A stretch of 61,502 nt of DNA, counting the filler, from Bdellovibrionota bacterium (lineage in GTDB: Bacteria; Bdellovibrionota; Bdellovibrionia; Bdellovibrionales; JAEYZS01): the NCBI GenBank assembly GCA_963169515.1. It is 7 parts of 7 records of this genome, joined end to end, with 100 filler letters (N's around TTAATTAATTAA, not from the genome) between each part and the next. Parts side by side here need not be neighbours in the genome. Positions count along the whole stretch, not along the records: positions 32,594 to 46,393 come from CAUJEF010000159.1; positions 46,494 to 58,179 come from CAUJEF010000161.1; 5 more parts are not named here. One strand, given 5' to 3'. Both the position numbers and the translations under genes were made by a program. Shown here piece by piece: positions 39,316 to 49,247 of this stretch. Each line of letters starts with the position of its first letter. The first letter of the stretch is position 1. Below the pieces are notes generated by a model. It was not told where the DNA came from. It saw nothing but the letters and a program-made list of their open reading frames with translations, and made no database searches.

Positions 39316-39379
39316 AACCCCTTGTAGAAACATTTATGGGTCATCTTCTCGATGGATCCATTTTGTAGGAGGAAGTCTA

Positions 39380-40093
39380 ATGGACTCACTGTTAAGTTTC
39401 TTAGTTGATTATAAGGTAGCGGATGTTTGCATCGGTTTAGTGGGTATATATGGATTACTTGTCGTAATAGACAGATTCAAGGCTCTATATGTAGACTTTT
39501 CTATCCCAGCTGAAGAATTTATGAAGCAAGTAATGAAGCTTGTTGAAGCCGACAAAACAGAAGAGGCAATTACATTCTGTACAGCAAATGAGGGAAAGCC
39601 ACTCGCATTCGTTGTTAAAAAAATATTGCAACATTCAGATAGAGATGAAAAATCGATGAACGAAGCTTTAAATACGGCAGCATCTGAGGTTGCGCCAAAG
39701 CTGGTACGACGACTTGGATATCTATCAATGATATCGAATGTGGTAACCCTGATGGGTCTATTCGGTACCGTGATCGGCTTGATCGTCGCATTCAAAGCGC
39801 TAAGCTTTGCAGACGTTTCTCAAAAACAAACGATTCTTGCTCAAGGTATTTCCATTGCAATGACAGCAACAGCAATGGGCCTCATGGTTGCAATCCCAAT
39901 TATGTTTCTGTACTCATTTTTGTATGAAAAACAATCTCGCTTGTTTTCTGAAATTGATCTGCACTCACATAAATTGATGCAATTCTTAAGAGAGCGTGAT
40001 TTTGTTCCGTTTACACACGATGCGGCTTACCCGAACAATTTACATTCAGACAAGCTTGCTAAACCGCCAGCGCCAAAAGCAAAGGTATCGTAA
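39380..40093 (+). CDS. MotA/TolQ/ExbB proton channel, AglR-like
   Basis: TLMGLFGTVIGLI, GISIAMTATAMGL. Confidence 0.9.
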   Translation: MDSLLSFLVDYKVADVCIGLVGIYGLLVVIDRFKALYVDFSIPAEEFMKQVMKLVEADKTEEAITFCTANEGKPLAFVVKKILQHSDRDEKSMNEALNTAASEVAPKLVRRLGYLSMISNVVTLMGLFGTVIGLIVAFKALSFADVSQKQTILAQGISIAMTATAMGLMVAIPIMFLYSFLYEKQSRLFSEIDLHSHKLMQFLRERDFVPFTHDAAYPNNLHSDKLAKPPAPKAKVS

Positions 40094-40107
40094 TAGAGGA
40101 ATAACGA

Positions 40108-40635
40108 ATGCGTGCGCGTAAATCAGACCCAACATTTGACCTGAATCTAGCACCCGTATTGGATATTATGGTCACCGTAATTCCGATGCTGCTATTGAGC
40201 GTGGCTTTCGTACAAATTCGAATGATCGAAACGCCTGTTCCTCAGGTGGTGGCAGAAAAGATAAATAGTCAGGATCAACATCCACGGGTATCCGTAAATT
40301 TAAAAGTTTCCAAACAGGATGGCTTCCAGCTTACTGTTTTTGATAACGGCCAACGAAAAGATTTTAAGGTGGGATTGAAACAAGGGCAGCTTGACTTTGA
40401 CGGCCTTACAAATGTGGCAGCTCAAGTCAAAAGGCAATATGCGGATGTATTTAAGCTGGAGCTTGCTCCCACACAAACAGTTGTGTTCGATGACATCGTT
40501 AAGACAATGGACTCAGTCCGCAGGATGCCAGCCAATGTTGAAAAAGTGACGATTACAGATACGAAAACAGGTCAAAAAGTTCAAACAGACTTGTTGTTTC
40601 CTGATGTTGTATTTGCAAATGTAGTTGGAGATTAA
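40108..40635 (+). CDS. ExbD/TolR family, AglQ-like
   Basis: LNLAPVLDIM TM aspartate motif. Confidence 0.85.
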   Translation: MRARKSDPTFDLNLAPVLDIMVTVIPMLLLSVAFVQIRMIETPVPQVVAEKINSQDQHPRVSVNLKVSKQDGFQLTVFDNGQRKDFKVGLKQGQLDFDGLTNVAAQVKRQYADVFKLELAPTQTVVFDDIVKTMDSVRRMPANVEKVTITDTKTGQKVQTDLLFPDVVFANVVGD

Positions 40636-41155
40636 AGTGAATAACTCAGGTATGCGCAGTTACATGGAACGAAGATTACCATCGTCGTTTAAAATTCAAA
40701 TTACATCGATGGTGGATATGTTCGTTATCATTCTTGTGTTTCTTATCAAAAGCTATTCAACCAGCCCAATCAACATTCAACCGACCCAAGATATGACCCT
40801 GCCGGTTTCAAGCGTTGATGCTGATCCAATTGATGTCGTGAAATTGATGGTTTCAAAAAAGGGAATTTTTTTAGAAGAGAAAAAAGTTATCGATTTCGAA
40901 AATGGCGGATTAATGAAAAAAGATTTGGATACTAATGATCCGTTATTTATAGCTGCACTTTTTAAAGAACTTGATACAAAGGCCAAAATGGTAAAAGATA
41001 TCTCTAAAGTGAACGATACTTTAGAGTTTGACGGTAAAATTCTTATGCAAGCCGATAAGGACTTGGCTTACTCTATACTTCAAAAGGTGATGTACACGTC
41101 TATGCTCGCAGGCTATTCCGATGTAAAGCTTGCCGTAAATGCCAAAGATTTCTAA
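40625..41155 (+). CDS. ExbD/TolR family, AglS-like
   Basis: ITSMVDMFVIILVFL, QADKDLAY. Confidence 0.85.
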   Translation: MEIKVNNSGMRSYMERRLPSSFKIQITSMVDMFVIILVFLIKSYSTSPINIQPTQDMTLPVSSVDADPIDVVKLMVSKKGIFLEEKKVIDFENGGLMKKDLDTNDPLFIAALFKELDTKAKMVKDISKVNDTLEFDGKILMQADKDLAYSILQKVMYTSMLAGYSDVKLAVNAKDF

Positions 41156-41200
41156 AGGTTCCAGGTTCCTTTTCTTGATAAAAATGTCCGAATACCGGAC
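41156..41200 (+). repeat. REP-like direct repeat, copy 1
   Basis: AGGTTCCAGGTTCCTTTTCTTGATAAAAATGTCCGAATACCGGAC starting at the base after the stop codon. Confidence 0.85.
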
Positions 41201-41282
41201 AAGTCAGGTTCCTTTCCTAAAGTTTCTAATAATAAACAACTTTTTAGCTGATTAAATTTTTAATTATACTAAGCTAAAAAGG

Positions 41283-41963
41283 GTGGAAGAGATAAAGACA
41301 GGCGTAATCTTTTTTGTGGGCTGCTTTATCGTTTTCCTATTTTTCATTTCAGGCTTGCCAACAGAAGATTCTAATAATCCCAGAGTTATAATCGAATACG
41401 CGCCCAACGTGGACCGCTACTTTTGCAGTCCGTATGGTAAAGGGAAAATTAAACCCGACTGGGGCAAAGAACTGGCTCGAAAATTTCCAAAATTTGAAGC
41501 TTTTTGGAATCGCATTGGGCCCAATATCCTAATGAAGACTTCAGAACTCACGGGCAAGCACTTTGTTTTCAGTGAGAAGAAAGCCTATCTTTTTATGTGC
41601 CCGAGTCTGTCGGCCTTTACAATTCCCCTTATGATCCCAATCACAGAATTTGTTCAAGAGCAAAACAAGGTAAATGAAGTGATATTGGTTGATTCGATAT
41701 TTCACAACGTGCTTCATTTGTTTGTCGCAAGCGCGCTTTTCCCAGGTTATTATACCCCACAAATTGGACAGCATTTTCACGAAAGCTGGGCGACGCTTAC
41801 TCACCTTCACCTCTTTGCACTTCAGAAAGCCGTATACTTAAATACAAATCAGCAATATTTATGGTTTCAAGTAAAAGATCGAACTAAAGATCCCGATCTG
41901 ATCCGCGCAATCAATATTGTCGAAACGACAGGTACGCAACCTTTTATTGATGAATTAAAGTAG
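41283..41963 (+). CDS. Hypothetical membrane-anchored protein with degenerate zincin-like HNxxH motif
   Basis: N-terminal TM segment; FHNVLH and downstream HLHL. Confidence 0.6.
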   Translation: MEEIKTGVIFFVGCFIVFLFFISGLPTEDSNNPRVIIEYAPNVDRYFCSPYGKGKIKPDWGKELARKFPKFEAFWNRIGPNILMKTSELTGKHFVFSEKKAYLFMCPSLSAFTIPLMIPITEFVQEQNKVNEVILVDSIFHNVLHLFVASALFPGYYTPQIGQHFHESWATLTHLHLFALQKAVYLNTNQQYLWFQVKDRTKDPDLIRAINIVETTGTQPFIDELK

Positions 41964-42007
41964 AGGTTCCAGGTTCCTTTTCTCGATAAAATATCCGAAT
42001 ATCGGAT
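41964..42007 (+). repeat. REP-like direct repeat, copy 2
   Basis: AGGTTCCAGGTTCCTTTTCTCGATAAAATATCCGAATATCGGAT starting at the base after the stop codon. Confidence 0.85.
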
Positions 42008-42043
42008 TGACGCAGCTATTCGCTTCCATGAGAGCCTCACATT

Positions 42044-42883
42044 TTATTTTAATTTTGCATCTGATACGCAAGCCATTGTGCTGCTCGCAAAACTGCTGGC
42101 GTCATAAGCGTTATAAAACCTAACTGGCCACCCGGTATTTTGCTCAATAATTTGCGATGAAATCAGACCTGGAACTCTGATTTCTCCTTTCACCTTTGCT
42201 GGCGAAAATAATTGCTCTGGATTTTCGCGTACTAGAACTCCCTCGAAATGCCCAGGATAATCTTTACCCTCATCCGAGCGAACAAAAAAATCGAGCTTAA
42301 AATTTGCATTGGCATTATTCTGCAAAGCAACTTCTTTTTCAAAACGCTTTGAGAAATCGACATGATCGTCTTGGTTGTGAAACAAGGTATCGACCCGACA
42401 GATAATTTGTGGCGCTAAATAGTCTTGTGGCGATTTGAGTGCGGCCTTAAAATCTTGCAATTTCATTTTTGTAGTACCCGCCATAATCTGGCCAACCACA
42501 CTTTCTCCTTCTATATTTAGCAAGGAATTCATGCAGCTTCCGGTTTCGAAATCCCCAACGCCCTCCTCTTCCCCATAGGCATCTGTAATCTTGTTCACCA
42601 CTGCAATCCAAGTTTTGTCCACGCCCGAATTCAGAGGCCCACGACACAGCATACCCGGGTCTCCCCAAATATTAATTTCCGCTTCCACCAGGTTTCCGTA
42701 GAGAACTTGTACAACTTTTGCTCGAACACCATGGCTCAAGCTTTTCGTATTTTGAACAATTGCAACTGCTCTCTCAGCATTGGGGCGGCTCAAGATACCC
42801 TTTAACGTCGATTGAAAATCAGCGCATGAGCACGCCCAGCCCAGGCTTGGGATAAACATTAAGGCCGTAACCAGAGTTCTCAT
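42044..42883 (-). CDS. Secreted hypothetical protein with N-terminal CxC (TIMP/NTR-like) motif
   Basis: Signal peptide ending GWA followed by CSC; further Cys in MLCRG and GSC. Confidence 0.6.
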   Translation of the reverse strand: MRTLVTALMFIPSLGWACSCADFQSTLKGILSRPNAERAVAIVQNTKSLSHGVRAKVVQVLYGNLVEAEINIWGDPGMLCRGPLNSGVDKTWIAVVNKITDAYGEEEGVGDFETGSCMNSLLNIEGESVVGQIMAGTTKMKLQDFKAALKSPQDYLAPQIICRVDTLFHNQDDHVDFSKRFEKEVALQNNANANFKLDFFVRSDEGKDYPGHFEGVLVRENPEQLFSPAKVKGEIRVPGLISSQIIEQNTGWPVRFYNAYDASSFASSTMACVSDAKLK

Positions 42884-42888
42884 AAAAA

Positions 42889-43623
42889 CTACCTTTTATA
42901 CTTAAAGTTCGTCACCACCGGTAAGCCAGCCGGTGGCTCTGATTTACCAGAATGTACGCTATCAAAAAAGACTATTTTTACGTGTGGAGAATCTTTCAAC
43001 AACAGATGTATATTGTGAGGCTCATTTTCAAAAAACCAAATGGGATGCCGGCGGTCTTGAATCGCATTAAAATGGTCTCGCTTGAATTCTGCATCGTCGT
43101 GATCTTTATGCGGTTTCAAAACCAATACAGCGTTGGTTTCATTCATGGGGAATTTCCACTTTTTAAGACTAAGAATAGAACCTTCTTCCATGCGATGCTT
43201 GTCTCTGCCAGTAAGGTAGACAATCCGCGCCCCGAGGCCATATAGCTCGTTTACATATTCAACGGCCCCCTCGTTAGGAACGTCCTCGAGCAAATAGTCA
43301 CTGTGGAAAAAGTTCTCCATCCAATAGTTATAAAGCTCTTTATAAAATTCCATAGGTTGGTTTTCTAAACCAAAATGCTTCATATGATCGTGGAGATGGT
43401 AGGATTCCGAAATCTCTTCCACCACTTTTAGGGTCTGTGATGCACTGGGATATTTAGAGGCCGTGGTCTCTAAATGTCCGAACTCTCGCATAATTTTCTT
43501 CAATCGCGGCTTTACGTTAAAAAGTGTCGAATCAAGGTCGAAGTACACTAACGGGGCCTGTCCCGCCCTTGCAGAGGCTTCCACAAAATCAAGTATGTTT
43601 TTTAAGATTTCTGCGTGCGTCAC
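42889..43623 (-). CDS. HAD-superfamily hydrolase
   Basis: FDLDSTL, YLTGR, FK, FENE. Confidence 0.85.
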   Translation of the reverse strand: MTHAEILKNILDFVEASARAGQAPLVYFDLDSTLFNVKPRLKKIMREFGHLETTASKYPSASQTLKVVEEISESYHLHDHMKHFGLENQPMEFYKELYNYWMENFFHSDYLLEDVPNEGAVEYVNELYGLGARIVYLTGRDKHRMEEGSILSLKKWKFPMNETNAVLVLKPHKDHDDAEFKRDHFNAIQDRRHPIWFFENEPHNIHLLLKDSPHVKIVFFDSVHSGKSEPPAGLPVVTNFKYKR

Positions 43624-43738
43624 TGTTAATGTGGAATATGTTAGAAAAACCCAGTTTGTTCAACCTTTTCTTGTCAGAATTACCCCGGGTTGTTAATCCT
43701 TTCCGAGATCCTTGCTTATCAATAAAGAGGGTACATTT

Positions 43739-45286
43739 ATGCTAAAATATGGGGATTTGATTTTTCTACTTGTAGGGTTAGCGACAGTTATAACGATCTA
43801 TTTCAGAAACAATCCTATGAACCACACGCGCCGGTTTATGTGGCGCCGATTTACGAATTGGTTTCCCTTGGGGATGACCTATGCATTTTTGTATATGGCT
43901 AGGTATAATTTAGTTGTTTCAAAAAACGCGCTTGGCTCAATGATGACCAAAGAAGACTTTGGTTTAATTTTTGCTGCAGGGACCACAACCTACGCATTGT
44001 CATTTTTTCTCAATGGTCCTCTTGTGGATAAATTGGGTGGCAAAAGGGGAATCGTTTTTGCTGCTGTTGGCGCCTGTGTGATGAACATAGCCATGGGGGT
44101 AGTGACATACCTATTTTTGCATGGTCGTTTAGCGGCCAATTTGACTGTTATATTTTCGATTCTATATTCACTAAATATGTTTTTCCAAAGCTACGGCGCA
44201 GTTTCAATCATCAAAGTTAAAGCCTATTGGTTTCACGTTCGTGAGCGTGGAATTTTTGGAGCGATCTTCGGTACACTCATTTCATTCGGAGCATACTTTG
44301 CGTTTGATTGGGGCCAGGCAATTGCAACTGCCGCAAAACTAACATTGACAACAGACCCTACGCCATTTCAGAAGTTCCTTCGAACCCTGTTTGCTATTGA
44401 TACAGGGGCCACAGATGCACTTTGGCTGATCTTCTTTATTCCAGCAGGGATCCTCATTTTCTGGACATTGATGGATATAATCTTTATCAAAGATTCTCCG
44501 GATCAGGCCGGCTTTGATGAGCTCGATACACATGATGCTTCTTCCGATGATTCTGGACCTGAGCTCACTATGCCTCAGATGATAAAAAAAATAGTAACCC
44601 ATCCAATTATGCTAACGATCGCGTTAGTTGAATTTACATCAGGCGTTTTGCGTAACGGTATCATGCAATGGTATTTGGTTTTTGCAAAAGATGTGCACCA
44701 AGCTGGGGCTGAGTTTTTTGCCCATAATTGGGGAATTTTATTAGCTATTTCTGGAATACTCGGCGGCTTTTCTGCAGGATACATTTCTGACCATCTTTTC
44801 CATTCGCGTCGAGCTCCGGCAGCAGCGCTCTCAAACATAATCATGATTCTCGCTACAGTTATAATGGCTCTGTTTTTATTTAACTCTCCGGTCGCGGTCG
44901 GAGTTTGCGCCGTCATAATGAACTTTGCCGTGATCGGTGTACATTCGATTATGTCCGGTACTGCGGCCGCAGATTTTGGCGGTAAGAAGAACACGGCTAC
45001 GGCCTCTGGGCTGACGGACGCTTGCGTATACTTTGGAAGCGGGTTGCAATCCATAAGCTTGGGATATCTAACCACGGCAAACTGGCAATACTGGCCGGTC
45101 TTCTTGATACCCTTTGCGGTTTTAGGTTTAGTAGCTTCTCTTAAGATTTGGACAGCATTACCTGAAGCTACAAAACGCTACCTTCTGACGGTGGAAAAGG
45201 TGTCCATTAGCGTGCGCACAACAACAATACTAACAAAAATTTCACTTCCCAAATCTGCACGCAACAAAAGGGAGAACTCTGTCTGA
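43739..45286 (+). CDS. MFS transporter, GlpT/OPA-like
   Basis: YMARYN, WFHVRERG, SDHLFHSRR, multiple TM segments. Confidence 0.88.
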   Translation: MLKYGDLIFLLVGLATVITIYFRNNPMNHTRRFMWRRFTNWFPLGMTYAFLYMARYNLVVSKNALGSMMTKEDFGLIFAAGTTTYALSFFLNGPLVDKLGGKRGIVFAAVGACVMNIAMGVVTYLFLHGRLAANLTVIFSILYSLNMFFQSYGAVSIIKVKAYWFHVRERGIFGAIFGTLISFGAYFAFDWGQAIATAAKLTLTTDPTPFQKFLRTLFAIDTGATDALWLIFFIPAGILIFWTLMDIIFIKDSPDQAGFDELDTHDASSDDSGPELTMPQMIKKIVTHPIMLTIALVEFTSGVLRNGIMQWYLVFAKDVHQAGAEFFAHNWGILLAISGILGGFSAGYISDHLFHSRRAPAAALSNIIMILATVIMALFLFNSPVAVGVCAVIMNFAVIGVHSIMSGTAAADFGGKKNTATASGLTDACVYFGSGLQSISLGYLTTANWQYWPVFLIPFAVLGLVASLKIWTALPEATKRYLLTVEKVSISVRTTTILTKISLPKSARNKRENSV

Positions 45287-45321
45287 GCCAGCTCCCTTCA
45301 CCCGAAGACAAAAATTTTGTT

Positions 45322-46182
45322 ATGCCGGACGCAAAGAGCGTTCAAAAGATAGAAAAACGAATTTTTCATAAAACGGGTAAGGCCATACAAGAATTTGGAA
45401 TGATTTCTAATGGCGACAAAATACTCGTCGCCGTTTCTGGCGGGAAAGACTCTTGGGTTCTCCTTTATGTGTTAAATGAATTGAAAAAACGAGCGCCTGT
45501 AAACTTTGAATTAATTGCAGTCAACATCGACCAAGGCTATCAAGGATTTCGCCAAGATCTCATAGAGGAATATATAAATAAAAGCGGCATCACACAAAAA
45601 ATGGAATTTTTTGACATTGCTTCTCTGGTGGACGAAAAAATTCAAGATGGCTCTGTTCCCTGTTCGCTCTGCTCACGACTGCGCAGGGGGGCCCTCTATG
45701 GAGCCGCCAAAAAACTGGGCTGCACTAAAATTGCGCTGGGACATCATCAAGACGACTTTATTGAAACCTTGCTGCTAAATACATTCTTCATTGGGACCTT
45801 GGCTGCCATGGCACCTGTATTAAAACCAGATGAAGAAAATTGCCATGTAATCCGACCCTTGGTCTATGTTTCTGAATCCGACATCAAGATTTATACAAAA
45901 GCCAAAAATTTTCCTGTCGTCTGTTGCGAATGTCCACTTATGTGTGGTGAAAGCATGCACGTTGATCACAAACGACGCTATATAAAAAAACTTCTTTTGC
46001 AGCTTGAGAAAGAAATTCCAGACATTAAAAATTCCATTCTTGCAAGTCTTGGGAACATTAAGGGCAGTCATTTGCTTGACAAAAATATTTTTGATTTTTT
46101 GAATCTCAATCCACCTCGCCCGAAGGAAAAATCCAGTCCGATTGTTGACAACATTTTATCTAGTTTTGATGGATTGCTATGA
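45322..46182 (+). CDS. ttcA: tRNA 2-thiocytidine synthase TtcA
   Basis: SGGKDS PP-loop, CSLCSRLRRG, GHHQDD, IRPL. Confidence 0.93.
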   Translation: MPDAKSVQKIEKRIFHKTGKAIQEFGMISNGDKILVAVSGGKDSWVLLYVLNELKKRAPVNFELIAVNIDQGYQGFRQDLIEEYINKSGITQKMEFFDIASLVDEKIQDGSVPCSLCSRLRRGALYGAAKKLGCTKIALGHHQDDFIETLLLNTFFIGTLAAMAPVLKPDEENCHVIRPLVYVSESDIKIYTKAKNFPVVCCECPLMCGESMHVDHKRRYIKKLLLQLEKEIPDIKNSILASLGNIKGSHLLDKNIFDFLNLNPPRPKEKSSPIVDNILSSFDGLL

Positions 46183-46393
46183 GCCTAACAATAGTTTCGA
46201 CTCCGATAGGAAATATTTCCGATATTACCTTAAGGGCGATTGAAATTTTAGAAGCTGCTGAAATTGTCATTGGCGAAGAACACCGCATGGTTTCGACGTT
46301 GCTAAAAAGGCTGGGGATTCAAAACAAAGAAATTTACCTGTTAAATGAACATTCGAAAGCAGATGATGTTAAAGAACTGAAAGACTTAATAAA
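46179..46393 (+). CDS. rsmI: 16S rRNA C1402 2'-O-methyltransferase RsmI-like, 3' partial
   Basis: VSTPIGNISDITLRA, NEH. Confidence 0.8.
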
Positions 46394-46493
46394 NNNNNNN
46401 NNNNNNNNNNNNNNNNNNNNNNNNNNNNNNNNNNNNNTTAATTAATTAANNNNNNNNNNNNNNNNNNNNNNNNNNNNNNNNNNNNNNNNNNNN
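46394..46493. other. Artificial contig linker
   Basis: N44-TTAATTAATTAA-N44. Confidence 0.99.
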
Positions 46494-46536
46494 CAATTGC
46501 GATGGATTCACCGAGTTTTCGAGTTAGGACCAGCAT
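46494..46536 (-). CDS. csrA: Carbon storage regulator CsrA, 3' partial (not in ORF track)
   Basis: Minus strand reads MLVLTRKLGESIAI; AAGGAG upstream; follows flgL. Confidence 0.9.
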
Positions 46537-46583
46537 GGGACTTCAAGCTCCTTCCAATGGGCTATTTATGCTTACACATGATG

Positions 46584-46610
46584 TATCGGCTAAATTTTCA
46601 ACGACCTTAG
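46584..46610 (-). promoter_or_regulatory. Putative sigma28-type promoter of csrA
   Basis: Minus strand CTAAG-N16-CCGATA. Confidence 0.6.
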
Positions 46611-46622
46611 CTATATTATTTA

Positions 46623-47738
46623 TTATCTGAGGAAGTCAAGAAGACTCGGCTGCAATATCTTTGCAGAGCTTGCCAGGGTGGCTTTTAAAGCATTATCGTT
46701 CTTGCTGAGATCGCTAAATATTTCAAAGGCGTCAGCATCCTCTATCTGAGAAATATTCGCCTTCTCGGTAAAGCTTGTTCCATATAAAGTTTGCATGGTT
46801 GAATCCAGCTGGTTCGCCCTCGACCCAACTTTAGCCCGACCCAAAACTACTTGGTCTATGGACTTATCTAAACGGTCTATTGAATCTTGAACAATGGATT
46901 TATCATTTGCCATCAAACCCGTTTCAAGATGTGCCAAGGTTTTAAATATGTTTTCACCGTATTCTGGGATCGGGTTTGGGGAAATTTCTTGTTTGCCGTC
47001 CAGGGACTTGTTGCTTGTCATTGTCGCTCGAACACTGGCGGGTCCTCGGATAGGAACATTATCGTCATGCATTTCGCCGATATCTTGTTCCGGGGTGTAT
47101 TTCTCACGAGCCTCCTTAACATTTTCCGCAAGCTCTTTTACGTTCATTGGGGATTCTTTAGAGGTGCGTGGGTCCTGAACCCTTGCAAGATCTTCTCCAA
47201 AGAAAATCATATTTCCTGGAACATTCATCGGAATGTAAGTTCCTTTGGAAATTTCAATCATCATTTCGCCCTTGTCCCCAGCATAGTCACCGCCATCATT
47301 AAACGGCTGGCGAGTAGTCATATAACCGCCAAAGATAAACCGGTCATTTTGTTTGCGATTTGCCACCTGAACTGCATGATCATAAATCTGGCTGATTTCA
47401 AGCGCGACGGCCTTCCGTGTGTCCGCGCTGGCACTGGCATCGTTTGCTTGCGACAGCGCGAGTTCTTTTGCGCGAACAAGCATTTGCGTCAGCTCATCTA
47501 GCGCCTGGTCTGTCGCTGTAATGAACTGACGGGCAACATCCAAATTTTTGAGATACTGGTTCGCACCCTGAAGTTCGGACTTTGAAGACATAACCTTTGT
47601 CATTCCCACGGGATCGTCCGATGGTCGATTCAATTTCTTCATAGATGCACTTTGGGTTTGTAGCTCGTGCATCTGTTCACGATTTTTACTAATCGACTGA
47701 TTTACCTTGTTGTAATTCATCGAATCCGAAACTCTCAC
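46623..47738 (-). CDS. flgL: Flagellar hook-associated protein 3
   Basis: RPSDDP, FIFGG, SLLDFLR. Confidence 0.95.
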   Translation of the reverse strand: MRVSDSMNYNKVNQSISKNREQMHELQTQSASMKKLNRPSDDPVGMTKVMSSKSELQGANQYLKNLDVARQFITATDQALDELTQMLVRAKELALSQANDASASADTRKAVALEISQIYDHAVQVANRKQNDRFIFGGYMTTRQPFNDGGDYAGDKGEMMIEISKGTYIPMNVPGNMIFFGEDLARVQDPRTSKESPMNVKELAENVKEAREKYTPEQDIGEMHDDNVPIRGPASVRATMTSNKSLDGKQEISPNPIPEYGENIFKTLAHLETGLMANDKSIVQDSIDRLDKSIDQVVLGRAKVGSRANQLDSTMQTLYGTSFTEKANISQIEDADAFEIFSDLSKNDNALKATLASSAKILQPSLLDFLR

Positions 47739-47745
47739 TCAATCC

Positions 47746-49179
47746 CTACCTTTTTAAATTAATCACAGTGTCTAACATTTCATCCACTGTTCGAATCAAC
47801 TTTGCCGAAGCATCGAAGTTCTTTTGGAACTCGATCATTTTAATAGTTTCTTCATCCAAGTTAACCCCGCTGATACTTTCACGCAGGTTTTTCATTTGCT
47901 CCATCACAGTCAATTGGTGATCATTCATTTCCTTTGCTTTGTGAGTCATGACACCGACATCGCCGACGATGCCCTTATAGAATTCTTCCATAGAATTTAA
48001 ACCGTCAGGCATAATAGGTTGATACTGTAACGCTGCGATCACCTGTGCCACACGGTTATCCCCAGGGGCATTCGGCGTTGCCGCTGTCGCAATTCGTGTC
48101 ACGTCGTTAAGAATTGTCTTGTCTACCTCCATATTCATGGCTGTGTCTTTTACATCCAGTGGGCGGTCAAAGAAATTTCCAGAAGGATTTCCGTACTGGT
48201 CGTAACCCTGAAGGTGCGCTTCGTTCACTTTATCAACAAATACCGACGCCATTGTATCTAAGCGCTCCAAAAGGCCGTTCACAGTTTTGTCGCGCACTTC
48301 GAGTTCTGCACCGAGCTTTCCACCGCGAATCTGGTCAGTTAAGTTATAGAAATTTCCCTCTTTAGTGGTGCGGAATAAAATATCAACACTACCTTCTCGC
48401 TTGTTCCCCCGAGCCGGAGTCTTGCCTGCAGTTAAGTTAATATTATCAAAGTCTGCAACTAGAATTCCCACGTCACCAGCAGTAACATTGATGGCTCCCG
48501 ATTTCCCTTCGGCCACTTTTATATTCAGTTTTTCACCGAGTTTTTTAACCAACAGATCTCGACGGTCACGGTGATCGTTTGCAGTTGCCTCAAACCGTTG
48601 AATTTCTGTATTAGCTATTTTTTGGTTCAGGTCGGCGATTTCTTTGGTCATGCGGTTGATCTCTTCAACCTCAAGCTCGATATCGCGATCAATTCCCTTT
48701 TGGATTTCTTTTAGGGTTGCATTGATGCGCTTGAAATCTTTTGTAACATTAACGGCAGCTTCCTTTACTTGAGTTCGCAGGGGAAGACTTTCTGGATTGT
48801 TTGCAAGTTCTCGGAATCCATTAAAAAATACTCCCAAAAAGTGTCCAACTCCTTTGCTTACCTGATCGTTAAATACATTTTCAATTTGATTAAGATGGTA
48901 GAGTTGCCCATCGCTGAACCCCATTTTTTGGCCTTCGATTTCAAGTTGCTTTTCAAGGTGGGGGTTATTTATACGGATCACGGATTTTACATCTGCACCC
49001 GTTCCCACTTGGTAAGGGCCACGGCCGTCAACCGGCGGAGTCGATTTAAAATCAACGCGTTGGCGAGTATAACCTTCGGTCGTCTTGTTAGCGATGTTAT
49101 GAGAAACAGTCTGCAAACCTGTTTGGGCATTCATTAAAGACCGTTTTCCAACAGTCATTGTAGAGTTAATCTTAGACAT
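47746..49179 (-). CDS. flgK: Flagellar hook-associated protein 1
   Basis: HNIAN..TEGYTRQRV, SGVNLDEE. Confidence 0.96.
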   Translation of the reverse strand: MSKINSTMTVGKRSLMNAQTGLQTVSHNIANKTTEGYTRQRVDFKSTPPVDGRGPYQVGTGADVKSVIRINNPHLEKQLEIEGQKMGFSDGQLYHLNQIENVFNDQVSKGVGHFLGVFFNGFRELANNPESLPLRTQVKEAAVNVTKDFKRINATLKEIQKGIDRDIELEVEEINRMTKEIADLNQKIANTEIQRFEATANDHRDRRDLLVKKLGEKLNIKVAEGKSGAINVTAGDVGILVADFDNINLTAGKTPARGNKREGSVDILFRTTKEGNFYNLTDQIRGGKLGAELEVRDKTVNGLLERLDTMASVFVDKVNEAHLQGYDQYGNPSGNFFDRPLDVKDTAMNMEVDKTILNDVTRIATAATPNAPGDNRVAQVIAALQYQPIMPDGLNSMEEFYKGIVGDVGVMTHKAKEMNDHQLTVMEQMKNLRESISGVNLDEETIKMIEFQKNFDASAKLIRTVDEMLDTVINLKR

Positions 49180-49247
49180 CCTGTCTCTCTCGGGTGCCAG
49201 GCACCCATTGTCCGTTTACCGGACAACCTTTACCGCCATCTTGGCGG

